Below, piece by piece: positions 25,227-37,108 of a stretch of DNA of 64,000 nucleotides. The position numbers and the translations under genes were made by a program. Under the pieces are notes generated by a model. The model saw only the letters and a program-made list of their open reading frames with translations. It was not told the origin of the DNA and did no database searches. The DNA lies in assembly GCF_009834535.1 (NCBI RefSeq), contig NC_045719.1, positions 11,966,001-12,030,000 of the forward strand. Reading direction: 5' to 3'. Source of the DNA: Camelus ferus. Taxonomy: Eukaryota. How positions within the stretch are numbered: the stretch's first letter is position 1; every line of letters starts with the position of its first letter.

Positions 25227-25529
25227 AAAGTGCTTCTGCATATTTCACAGTTTGAAAAAGGGGTAATGTTCATAATAAAAATACCTTAAACATTTCCAGG
25301 TTTCAGAATGTGGGCCAGACAATGAGGACTTTTAATGTCACAGCCTCCCTCCCTCCCTTTCTTTTTTCTTTCCTTCCTTCGTCACTCTCTCAACAAAAAT
25401 TTCTTTTATGCACACCACATGCCAGAAAAACAGACCTCTGGGCGTGCTATTAACATTTCCATCCTAGATGCTAAAAGACAGAGGCAAGTAACATCAAGTG
25501 ATATCAGAAGCAATAAAGTGATCACTAAA

Positions 25530-25740
25530 ATTTACTGTGAACATACCATGAGCTAGACGTTAGGGACTTGACAGCTATTTTTCTCACGCCTCATAACAGC
25601 TCTATGAGATAATACTATTATATCTCCATTTGTGTATAAGGGGAGGAAGTTGAGGGAGGGGATGGTCACACGACTCCCAGAGATTCCAGCCCTGGTAGTT
25701 TGAGATTAGAGCTTGCGCTCTCAACCTTTACACTGGACTC
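25530..25740 (-). mobile_element. MIR SINE
   Basis: cctcataacagctctatgagataatactattatatctccattt...ctctcaacctttacactg. Confidence 0.7.
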
Positions 25741-26194
25741 CCTCCAGGAGTAGGTTTCAGCCGCACGGCATGCAGAGGGCATATGCGAAACTGGTTTCAT
25801 TTCCTTTCCACGAATAGTGTTGGAGCAAAACAGGGATTCTCCCGATATCAGCACAGACTTCCTCCGCAAGCAGGTGTGTGACTTTTAACAAGTTTACTCT
25901 CAGGGCTTCAGTTAATCCATTTGTAAAACAAAAAATTAGCACCAGAGCATCTCCAGAGCTCCTCCCAGATATAGACCTTCCATTATTCTAAAGAGGCAGC
26001 TGTAGGGCAGTGAGAATCCACCAAGTCTGGAGTCAAGGAACTAGGTTTGTTTTAATAGCCAGCATCCTCATTGAAGCCGGTCACAGGGCTCTGCATCCAT
26101 AACTTCTGGCTTGCCTTCTCTGGACTTCAGCTGCCTGGAAGACAATTTCCTAGTCCAAGTATCATCTGGAAATACAATGATCTACCCTCTCAAC

Positions 26195-26780
26195 AGACTT
26201 TTAAGTGCACATACATTATTGTTGACTGCAGGTACAATGCTGTACTGTAGGACTGGAGAGCATCTTGCTGGACTGAAATTTTATGCCTGTTGATCAGTAA
26301 CCCCCTTCCTCCCCTCTTCCCCCACCCCCCGGTAACCACCATTTCACTCTTTGATTCTATGACCTTGACTATTTTTGATGCCTCATATAAGTGGAGTCAT
26401 GTAATATTTGTCTTTGGGGTCTGGGTTATTTTACGTAGCATAATGTCCTCATGGTTCCTCCANNNNNNNNNNNNNNNNNNNNNNNNNNNNNNNNNNNNNN
26501 NNNNNNNNNNNNNNNNNNNNNNNNNNNNNNNNNNNNNNNNNNNNNNNNNNNNNNNNNNNNNNNNNNNNNNNNNNNNNNNNNNNNNNNNNNNNNNNNNNNN
26601 NNNNNNNNNNNNNNNGGAGAGCAAATTATCTCTTACACATTCTGGTTTCAATTCTTCTGGATAAGCACCCACAAGTGGGATTGTTGGACTATATGGTGGT
26701 TCTATTTTTAATTTTTTGAGGAACCTCCATACTGTTTTTCCATAGTGACTACACCACTTTGCATTCCCACCAGCAGGGTG
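26195..26780 (-). mobile_element. L1 3' region interrupted by an assembly gap
   Basis: L1 reverse-strand motifs cctcatataagtggagtcatgtaatatttgtctt and tttttgaggaacctccatactgttttccatagtgactacacc flank the N run. Confidence 0.88.
26463..26615. other. Assembly gap (153 N)
   Basis: Run of N inside an L1. Confidence 1.
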
Positions 26781-27666
26781 TATGTAACTGCCAGAGAATT
26801 CAAAACCAAAGTCTCAGTTTCTGAATTCTTTCTTGTCCTGTTCCGTGGCCGCAGGTTTTGCTTTTTAGATGTGAGACTTGAACTCATGTCCAGTATTTCT
26901 TCATTGTAAGCTCTGGCTCCAAAAAGGAGCTATGCCCATAAAATAATGCACCTGATTTGGAAGGGTGTTTACATCATTCCTTCCCTTCTCTGCATTTTCA
27001 GGATTGTTTTGCTAACCAGCATGATCCACGTAAACCTTTTTCTTTTCATCTGAAATATAGTCTCTGTTTACACTGCTGACTCCCAAGTCTTAACTGTGTC
27101 GCTCACCTGAGCTCCAGATTAGACCTTGTTTGTACTCTTAACCTTTACACTGGACCGACTGAAAATAGAAAAATAGGAGCCTACTGAAGTAGATTACTTA
27201 AAATGAGAAAAACTAGTTAAAAGTTTTAAAATAAAGATGTTGTGCATTATCTACCTATATTCGCTCATAGGATCCAAAAGCACATGTGCCTCATGGCCGT
27301 GCAACAGTGTATATGATATAGTCCTGAAAGCAGATTGAATACAGATGCAGGATGATTCAAGTTGCTGAGAAGAGGGGAGTAAGGAGCATCGGTTCATCTG
27401 AAGGGACACAGAAGCAGCAGGAATCTTCCTCTGAAGGTAAGTCCCCAAGCTGAGGATGATTGGACTTGTTCCAGCTCTTCTTTCTCTCCAGTTTCAGGGA
27501 AGAAAGAAGAGGGATGGACAGTAAAACCAGAAACCCTTCTTCCCTCCTCTGCTTGCGTGAACTGCCAATCACCCAACACAACGATCACTGCTGGAAATAC
27601 AATGTGACCTGGAGTTAGTTACATTGTAGGGTTTCTACAGAAGAAAAAACAAAGGCACTGCTGTCT

Positions 27667-27736
27667 CCCTTCCTTCCTTCCTTCCTTCCTTCCTTCCTTC
27701 CTTCCTTCCTTCCTTCCTTCCTTCCTTCCTTCCTTC
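27667..27736. repeat. (CTTC)n / (GAAG)n tetranucleotide repeat
   Basis: About 17 units read directly. Confidence 0.97.
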
Positions 27737-28019
27737 GTTTCTTTCTTCAACATTTTACTATGAAAATTTCCAAACATACAGAAAAATGGAAAACCTTCAT
27801 TTCTTGAGACCATATATTTCTCCCTCCATCAGATGGAGCCAAGTGGTCTCAGAACTCCCCCTCTACTGGGTGGGACCAGAAAATTCTAAACCTCTAACTG
27901 CCTGAGCAAAGGACTGGACCATTCATGATCACTTCTGACATTCTGGTCACCTTATCAGTTTCATCATACCTGCAGCTAGTTGATGACCCTTGTTAGACAA
28001 CACCTGACTGCTTGTATCA

Positions 28020-28150
28020 TTTAATTTATTTTAAATTTATTTTATTGTGGTAAGAACACCTAACATGAAGGAGATCTACCCTCTGAACGCATTTTTAAGT
28101 GTACAATAAAGTGTTGTTCACGACAGGTCAGTGCTGCACAGCAGATCTTC
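28020..28150 (-). mobile_element. Short L1 3' end (L1MA9-like)
   Basis: ttttattgtggtaagaacacctaacatg..agatctaccctctgaacgcatttttaagtgtacaata. Confidence 0.8.
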
Positions 28151-29010
28151 CCATGCATTACTTAAAAACAGGAGACAGTGAACTCCATCTTTCAAAGCCA
28201 TCTAGTTTTTGCTTGTTTGGTTTTTTATAATCTCTCAATGACTCTGACAACTGCCAAGTTTAACTGTTTCCTGACATCATTAGAATACTAAGCATAGGAC
28301 ATTACTGGTCCTTTAATGTGAAACCAGGATCTAATCCAGATGTATTAGGAAGTTGTTACTTAAAGACTTCTGTTAGGGAGTTAAAAAGTATTCAGCTGAT
28401 TCTCTCTCTTGATTTTCTTCCTCATGTGGAGGGGGCAAATGATTTTTTTCTTGTTTTTTTCAATAAATGCCGGAAAGGTAAATTCAATTCTAGGAATGCA
28501 TTTACATTTTACTGTTAAAAAAATTCTGTACATTTGCATCAAATTAAATAAAGAAAGAAGATGTTAACATTCTACTATATTCAACAATCAAAAACACCAT
28601 CCTGAATGATGTAGCCAAAACTCTTTACATGTTGGGTATTTTAGGCCCCAAATTATTTTAGCTAAACCAGTGCAGTGATTTTTAATATGGTCATTTAATT
28701 AACATTAAAAATACAGCAATAATTCATACTTATATATGAATTATGAGTTATATATTTGAATAAGAGTTTGTTTTTTTTTTTTTTTTTTTAGTTTACAGCG
28801 ATGATTCTACAAACATGTTAATTAAGCCTACTTTGAATGGTTCGGCTTGACTTTTCACAAATGCCTTTATAATTTCCAGGAAGTCGATGCACAGCTGTCC
28901 CCCAGCACACAAAGACCGCTACTGTTTCCTGCTGCTGAGAAGGCCTGGCTAGGGCGGACACTAGGAAGGCATGTGGACACTAGGAAGGCTCACTTTGCGA
29001 TTAAAAAAAA

Positions 29011-29240
29011 AAGGCGGGAGGGATAATTTAGAAGTTTGGGATCAACAGATACACACTACTATATATAAAATAGACAAACAGCAGGGACCTCCTGTACAGC
29101 ACAGGGAACTATATTCAATATCCTGTAATAACCTATAATGGAAAAAGAATATATATATATGCATATATACATATAAAACTGAATCACTTTGCTGTATACC
29201 TGAAACTAACACAACATTGCAAATCAACTATACTTCAATG
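29011..29240 (+). mobile_element. Short L1_Art-like 3' UTR fragment
   Basis: Closely resembles the 3' end of the 24276-25226 L1 (gggatcaacagatacacactactatatataaaatagacaaac...aatcaactatacttcaat). Confidence 0.9.
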
Positions 29241-30624
29241 CAAAGTTTTGTTTTGAAAAAAAATTGAACATCCCATGACAGAGAAATTGTCATTCATATC
29301 CTATTATTTTCTAAGATTTAGAAGCCCCTATATTAATGGCAAATGAGTTACTGATAAATGTGCTTGACTGCAATTAAAAGAGATGCAACAGAGACTTGCG
29401 CTTAAGGCGTGAGATGCAATGTTAATGAAATCCTACAATCTCCTTTCAGTCCGATCTCCCCCAGTTGCTTCTGAAGGTAGACTCCCATTTCCAGTTGCAT
29501 GTAGGCAGGTAGGAATTCCATATGAAAATAACATTCTTTCCCTGTATTTACATACACTTTTGAAAATAAACAGCAGAATACTGAGAATCAACAAGCACCA
29601 GAAAGGCCAAATTATTAAAGAAACAGTGATTTTTGTGCCTTGTTTTTAACATTGCAGTGACCTAAAAGGTAATATTCATTATCCGTTCAGGCAAACAGAC
29701 TGATTCTGAGGCAACCAAGATTCATCCATAGCAAATCTGAAGGCAAAGTTCAAAAATTACCATCCCACCCCCCAAATACTCCAAATCATCAAATCAAAGA
29801 ATTTTTAAAAATATGTTTGAGATTTTTCTCCATCTCAGATAGAACTTCGGTGCTGTGCCCTCGACTCACAGTAGCAAATAATAAATGTTCTTTTAATCTT
29901 CAACAAGTGAATGAATAAATGAATGACTTCACTTCCAAATTGAATTAGGATACAGGAATTAATATGCAGAACTAAGAAAGTTTGCATTAATTTCTGGCTA
30001 AGGAGGTGCTCATGGCTCCAGGGGTGGTTAAAAGATGATCCTCTGTACCCCAAATGCTCTGACTAGGGGGCTCAGACCCTTCTCACAAGTGTTCCCACTT
30101 CCCTGGTTTTCTCGTCCTCCCTTTGCAATTCCTTCCCACCATTCTCCAGGAATTCTTCCCTCAGGAAACTCACAGGACCATTTTCTGTGTGGGATGATTT
30201 AACAAAACCACTTGTAACTTCTTTGGTTGAACCAGTATTTACTTCTTTCAGGCCTGGTGGAAGGCCCCAGGGACAAAACAGAACCATACAAGCAACTTCT
30301 GTCTTTGTTTTCCAGACATTGTTCCATTTTATTCAAAACCAAGCTCAAGAAAGCAAGAACCAAGAACGTGCAAGGACCTCAGTCTCCGGACAGGCATTCC
30401 AGGACTGGGCATGTTGCCGATACAGGCTCACTCAGTCCGGTCCTGGTGCCATGACAGTGCCTGGAGAATGGAGAGCATTCAATAATGGAGAGTTTGCTAA
30501 ATACATTTAGTAGCTCATCCAACATCTATGCATTCAGTGCTTACTATGCTCCAGGTGATAAGGCTATGCTGGTAAGAAGGAGATCCAAGTTCCCTGCCCT
30601 GGGTTGGGGGGACGTAGCCTAGAG

Positions 30625-31068
30625 CAGTGCTGTCCAACAGAACTTCCCATGGGGACGGAAATGTTCAGCTCTGCACGGTCCGCTGGGCGAGCCCCTGACC
30701 GAACACTTGCTCTGTGGCTAGTACAACTGAGGAACTGACTTGTAGACTTTAATTAATTTAAATTTAAATTAAAAAAACGAAGCAGTGTAAAACATGTTTC
30801 CATTAAACACAACTTTGTTGTTTGGGCAGGACTACAGTTTTCTTTAATGTGGTGTCTCGTGCACTGTGGATCTTCATTGTGTATCTGGCAAATGCAGAGT
30901 TTCTAGCATCTCATTTATCATTTTTTATATAGATTACAGGTTGAAATGATAATTTTTAATATACAGGGTTAAATAGCATTAATCTCATCTATTTCTTTTT
31001 ACTTGTTTAAAATGTGGCTACTCAAAAATTTAAGTTTACATCTCTGTTTAGAATTGTATTTCTATTGG
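30625..31068. mobile_element. hAT-Charlie1 family deletion derivative (MER3-like left arm, MER33-like right arm)
   Basis: Left TIR cagtgctgtccaacagaac; right end tatttctattgga. Flanks gcctagag / atctagaa resemble the NTCTAGAN Charlie target. Internal gtggctagt..actgaggaactga motif. Confidence 0.8.
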
Positions 31069-31227
31069 ATCTAGAAGCAAGCAAGAGAGAGGGAACAAAA
31101 CCAAATAAGCAAATAAATAATTATGAAATCTAGAGAATCTTACAAATCTAATCATTCTTTCTGCCTAGGTTAAAACCTTATAGGGTACCATATGATTCAA
31201 TAATTTTAGTTCTGGCTGTATATTCAA

Positions 31228-31381
31228 NNNNNNNNNNNNNNNNNNNNNNNNNNNNNNNNNNNNNNNNNNNNNNNNNNNNNNNNNNNNNNNNNNNNNNNNN
31301 NNNNNNNNNNNNNNNNNNNNNNNNNNNNNNNNNNNNNNNNNNNNNNNNNNNNNNNNNNNNNNNNNNNNNNNNNNNNNNNNN
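31228..31381. other. Assembly gap (154 N)
   Basis: Run of N adjoining an L1. Confidence 1.
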
Positions 31382-31765
31382 GCCTTTTACGTAAAGGCAA
31401 GAAAATTCTGGCACATGCTACAGCATAGATAAATCTTGAAGACACTATGCTGAGTGGAAGAAGCCAGTCACAAAAAGACAAATATTATATAATTCTACTT
31501 ACATGAGGTCCTAAGATAATCAAATCTGTAGAGACAGAAAGTAGAAGGGCGGCTGCCAGAGGTTAGGGGGAGGGAGAAAAGGGGAGTTGTTTAATAAGCA
31601 CAGAGTTTCCGTTGTGCAACATGAAAAGCGTTCCGCGGACGCATGGTGGTGATGCTAGCTTAACAATGTGAAGATGCTCAGTGCCGCTGGACTGCACATT
31701 TGAAATGGTTAAGATGGTAAAATTTGTTATGTGTATTTTACTGTAATTAGAAACATTTTTAAAAC
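31382..31765 (+). mobile_element. L1MB-like 3' end adjoining an assembly gap
   Basis: gaagacactatgctgagtggaagaagccagtcacaaaaagacaaatatt ... cacatttgaaatggttaagatggtaaaatttgttatgtgtatttta. Confidence 0.88.
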
Positions 31766-34719
31766 CTTTACAGGGAAAATAACTATATTACTCCAGTAAG
31801 ATTGAGGGCATTTCCAGGTATTATGAGTCAATGAAAAGCATTAAATTTAATATAGTTCATATTTACTGATCTATATGTCTTGGCATAAACATTTTCGAGT
31901 GGCAGGGAAGCCAGCAGATTAGATACAAAAATGGTCAAAGAAAACAATGGAAAAATGCACTAAATAAGGTCAGGTCTGAAGGTGGTGTTTAACAGAGAGC
32001 TGTGTTCTCAGAGAAGGCCTGGGTAGAATTGCATTTCAGGGATATTGTTGAGGAGGAAAAGAACACATCTGACTGAGAAATATAGACTGTTTCTGTGCAG
32101 TGAGAAATAAGAGATTTATAGTCATGCTAATAACTACATAGTGAAGATGTGTGAGCAAATGCAGGCAAGCAAAGAGATTCAAAAGCCACTCGGTGAGGAC
32201 TCAGACAAGATAAAGACACCGAACAAAGGCATGGGCCACGGTCAGGATCATCTTCTATAAATAGTTCAAACGGAAGCTAAGACACTGATGATCACATTGA
32301 ATAAAATTTAAATATGCTATGTGGAGTCAGTAATGCAGTAATTTACGGCCATTCATTAGCCCCTCAATGTGAATTAGTTGACTAGACGACTCAGCTGTTT
32401 CTGGAAGAGTCCCCCGGCCCCGCCCTTCCCCACACCTTGTACCTCCCCTGGTGGCTCTGTCTCCTTCTCCAGCTAAGGCTCTGCCCCTTTCAGAGTCCCT
32501 CCGATGGCCACTCAAGTCATAACCTCACTTCTGGGGTCAGCCGTCTTCGGCTGTTTCTTGTTTCCTCAGAGTCTCACGGCTTCTCTCCTGTGCTGCAAAT
32601 CCTCTTGTCTGGGAATTTTCCAGTGAGATAATAGGACAATTTATACAACTGATGACTGTATTGCTCAGCTCCAGTGACTCCATTCACTTTAGCAGGTTTC
32701 TAGTTACACAGGGTACAAGTATATCATTTACAGTTGATTAAAATGTTTGTGATCATTTCTACTAAAAAAAAAAAAAAAAAAAAAGCAAGTTGGGCACCTG
32801 TCCCTTGGTTAGAAATACAAGTTCATTGTTTTCTTTGTGGGAAAATCTGGTACGACTTAAGGCTCCTTTCACAAGAACGCCTAAGGATCATGATATTCTG
32901 TTTCTGTGGGCTTTTTTTATCGTTTGTTAATATAAGTGCCACTTTCAACTAATCAAAGTACATGTTTACCTAGGATGCTCCATTCCCACATCAGGTCAGG
33001 TGAGAGTGTAGTTACTGTTCTACTGACTGATACACACACCTAGGTGCCCTTTGATGTGAATTCCACAGTAAATTCAAACCAGCATGAGCCTAATTTGGTT
33101 GAGGCTCCGCTCTGGCTCGTACCGCTTTAATGAGCTCCATCACAGAGCTCCTGAAAGTCCATTTTTTATTTGCATTCCTTTCCATTTTAATTGGGAGTTC
33201 CTTGTGGCTTTCTTACAGAATATGCAATTTAAGCCAAAAGCCCGAAGTAATTTTTGGCTAACAAAATTATGAAACTCTTCTTCATTTTTCTCTCCTGGAT
33301 GAAAGAAACACAGACATGTTGCTCAAGAATCAACCTGGTTAAAAGTTTTCTCTTTTTCAGTTACACACCACATGGCTTTAAGGGGAAATCTTTTGTGATG
33401 CAGTGAAAGAGTATTTCTTCCCTGCTGCCTAAAGAAACCATGTTTCAAGTCTCAACTGTGTGCAGATAAGTCCTGCTCTGTGCACTATACTAGCAATCCA
33501 AATTAAACACGTGAGGGAATTTCAGAGAGTTGTATTTCTACCTATACTTTGATGATCTGGGTGATGTTGGCAATCTCTCCCACATTAGCTGTTTATCGTT
33601 ACAGATTTCTTCAGCCTGCACACACATGCTGCTTTAAATGCAGTGTCACACAATGAAATTTAAGGGATTTTCAAAACAACGTGGCACAGCTGTGTTCATT
33701 CGTTCTCTAGCATAAATTCGACTAGCCGGAAAATGAAGTTTGTTTAAAAATAAACTCTTCAAGACTCCTTTTAATGAAAAGCTGGTGCAAATGTCTTCCA
33801 GGTTGTGGATGGAAACATGCATCTAAGATACCTTATTTCATTCAATGATAAATATTGCTCTGAAACCATAAACCCAGAGAGAATTGGTTATTTTTTTCTT
33901 TTACATTGATTTCATGAACATAGTTCAGAGAGCCAGTCCTTCAGAAAAGCTGTTTAAAAAAACAAACGGGCCAGAGATGGATTGCCTGCGAGGTGGAAGC
34001 AGAAAACTGGTAGCTTAGAACCAGAGGATGGATAAACGTGAGACATCGTTTATACCAACCTGAGCCACATGGGCACAGAATATGAGAAATGAATATTGTA
34101 CTTATTTTTTCACTGAAGCCCTGGGGCTTGTTTTGGGTTGAATGTGGATCGCAGGTCTGGTTCAAGCCTCAACTTTGTTATCTGTTAGCTAACAGAGGGA
34201 CCGTGGCCAAGCAGTGGGAAATGCAGAAGCTCTGCTCTCAGGCCGAGATCCGATCCGGTGGTGTGCTGGTCAGCCTTTAAGAACTGGCTCTCTGGTAACC
34301 AACCAACCCACATGGCTTTGTAATGTTTGCCAATTTCTGCGGTGTAAATGCTCCCACCACAGCCAGTTGAAGCTCCTCCACGACCTCACTGACCACAGAG
34401 CTGGGAACCGACACGCACACACGGTTCTCTCCTAACACCTCCCCGGAGACGACCAGCCGCTCCAGCAAGCCACCGCCTACGCGTCACTCCCGGCGCTGCC
34501 AGCTCACACACGGGGTCGAAGGCACGTTACTTCACTTCTCCACATCTCAGTTTTCCAATTTGTAAAATGTTGACCATGAACAAAGTTCACAAGGCCACTC
34601 TGGGAGTAAAACAGAAGGCACTGAGCACAGAGCCTGAAATAGCAGATCTCAGTGAACATCGACTCCCCCCTGACTTAATGACTGAACGATTCTGTCCTGT
34701 GTCTGTCTCTGTCTCTTTC

Positions 34720-36150
34720 TCCTCCTCTCCACGGGCAAACTCTCTGAAAGAACAAGTCTGCATTTGTTCTTAGTTGTTGTCTACTCCCTCACTCAACCCA
34801 TCGCTATCTGGGTTTCCCTGACAGAACTCCTAAAAAAGGATTTCTTTGTGGTGACCAGCAGATTTTTTCCCCCAACTCCAAGGGACATTTTTCAGTGCTT
34901 ATTTGATTTGATTGCTCTGTGGCATCTGACATGCTTGGCCAATCCCTCCTTCTTCTTCTGTCTTTCTCCCTCTCTTGGGTTCAGACACAGAGAACTCTGC
35001 TGATTCCCAGAGGACAACGCTGATGGACCTTTCTCAGGCTCTGGCCTCTGGTTTCTCTCACCGTGTTCTTTGTGAATGTCAGGGATTTTCCAAGGATGCG
35101 TCCTCGCCTCTTCCCTCCTCGAACCCCCACCTCCCTCTGGGCCAATTCATTTATAACCAGGGCTTCCACTCTTATCCAGGGGCCAACGACTTGAAAGGCA
35201 AGCCTGCATCTCAGACCTGTCTCTGGAGTTCCTGACTTGTGATGCCTGCTGTTTATTCAACATTCTTGACATTTCTGCCTCCGTTTCCCAGAGGTCACAC
35301 TATAATCAACAAAGATAAGACACAACTTATCATTTCCCCACCAGACCTGTCCCTCCTCCTGGGCTCCCTACGCAGAGTGCACTGTTCATCTCATTTCTTG
35401 GGCTGGACACCTAGGAGTCATCCTCCTTTACCTCCCCTACCCAATCAAACGGGCAGTTCTATCTTGTAAATAATCTGCATTCCACTTCCTTAGCTCCCTC
35501 TCTAATGACACCGTGTGCCCGAAGACCCCTCAGACCTTCATCCTTGCATTCTTAGATACTTCAAGTGATGTACCACCTGATTTCCCTACCTCCAGTCAAT
35601 TGCCCTTCCATTCACACTTCCTCTGGAGGGCGTTTATAAAACGCAAATAGATTATGTAATTCCTTGCCTTCCATCAGCTTCCCACAGCTACTGCATAAAG
35701 TCCACACTCCATGGGATGGAGTAATGGTCCTTGCTGATTCTGGCTCATGCTTACTTGTCTGGCCACATCTCTTGCCTCCTATCCATTTATGACTACACTC
35801 CAGTCTTATTAACCGCTAACCTTCCCCTCAGTAGGCCGTGCTTTTTCTTGTTTTTGGCTCTCTGGAAAGCCAGCCCTCTCCCCTTCTCTACCTATTAAAT
35901 TCCAATTCTTTCTTCAAGGATCAGCTCAAGCCTCTCCTCTTCCATGAACGCTTCTTTGAAATCCTCATGACACCTTGTACGTGATTCCCTAAGAGGCACA
36001 ATTCATGCTGTATTATAATCATCTGTATGTACTTGCTTTTCTCTCCCAGCTGAAAGTGGATGAATCAAAGCATTAATGCCGTGTCTTATTCATCACTGCA
36101 TCTCTTTGTCAAGCACAAAGCCTGGACCATGAAAATGTTGATCAAATTGA
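34720..36150 (+). mobile_element. Long L2 fragment (ORF2 remnant to 3' end)
   Basis: ctgtggcatctgacatgcttggccaatccctccttc, cttcttcaaggatcagctcaagcctctcctcttccatgaac, and a terminal cacaaagcctggaccatgaaaatgttgatcaaattgaa. Confidence 0.75.
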
Positions 36151-36235
36151 ACGTATCTACTTAAAAAGGCCTCCTCAGATTCCTTCTTTGCTCCTCTGTG
36201 GTGTCAAATGAGATGGAATCCAGACAAGAGTTTTT

Positions 36236-36451
36236 TTTTTTTTTTTAATTGAGATATAATCGACACACAACGTTATATTAGTTTTTAGTGTACAGCATAA
36301 TGATTCAATATTTGTATATATTGCAATAAGTCTAGTTAACATTTTTCACTGTACATAGTTACAAATTTGTTTCTTTTTTTTCCCCGTGATGAGAACTTTT
36401 AAGATCTACTCTTTTAGCAACCTTCAAATATGCAATATAGTATTATTAAGG
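36236..36451 (-). mobile_element. 5'-truncated L1 3' end with TSD
   Basis: Poly(T) followed by aattgagatataatcgacacacaacgttatattag... TSD gacaagagttttt at 36223-36235 and 36452-36464. Confidence 0.9.
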
Positions 36452-37017
36452 GACAAGAGTTTTTGCAAGCTACGAAGACGTTAAGATGGTAGGCGTTTTC
36501 AATCTTGAGTCTAATTGGAATAATGATTCTCAAAGTGAGGATAAAACATGAAGAATACTACAAAATATTAATGTCCAAGAAATGGTGGGCTTTTCAAGAA
36601 TGATAGTTTACTTCAATGTGTTTGTTGTAACATAATCTGCCTGCTAGCTTCGTATGTTTAGTGTTGGTCACCAATAATTAAAACAATGACCAACTAGGTC
36701 TTTTCATGCTTATTTTGAGGATTTTTTTTGGATAGTGTACAAGAATTACAGCGAAAAGCACTACAAAACAGTAATTGCATCGAGAAAAATCATGCTAAAT
36801 ATGCATCCACTTGAATATTCGCATTCAATAAACGAATACCATACAAGTAAGTGAATATTCTATTCCCACACAGGTGGAAGAATGTATTCAGTATCTAACT
36901 TTTTAAAATCCGAATGGCTGCATATTCAATATGTGTTTAAAAGTTTCAAAATGGAAGTACTATTGCTGGTTTAGAACACTTCAAAGAAGCAAAAAGCTCA
37001 TTAAAAAAATAAGTAGC

Positions 37018-37108
37018 TGGGGGAGGGTCTAGCTCAGTGGTAGAGCACATGCTTAGCACACTCAAGGTCCTGGGTTCAGTCCCCAGTACCTCCATTAAAA
37101 AAAAAAAA
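37018..37108 (+). mobile_element. Vic-1-like SINE with poly(A) and TSD
   Basis: GGGGGAGGGTCTAGCTCAGTGGTAGAGCACATGCTTAGC...GGGTTCAGTCCCCAGTACCTCCATT plus an A-tail. TSD taagtagc at 37010-37017 and 37110-37117. Confidence 0.93.

Noticed and set aside
26290-26711. ORFs spanning N runs (also 31178-31481)
   Set aside because: Artefacts of assembly gaps within L1 sequence.
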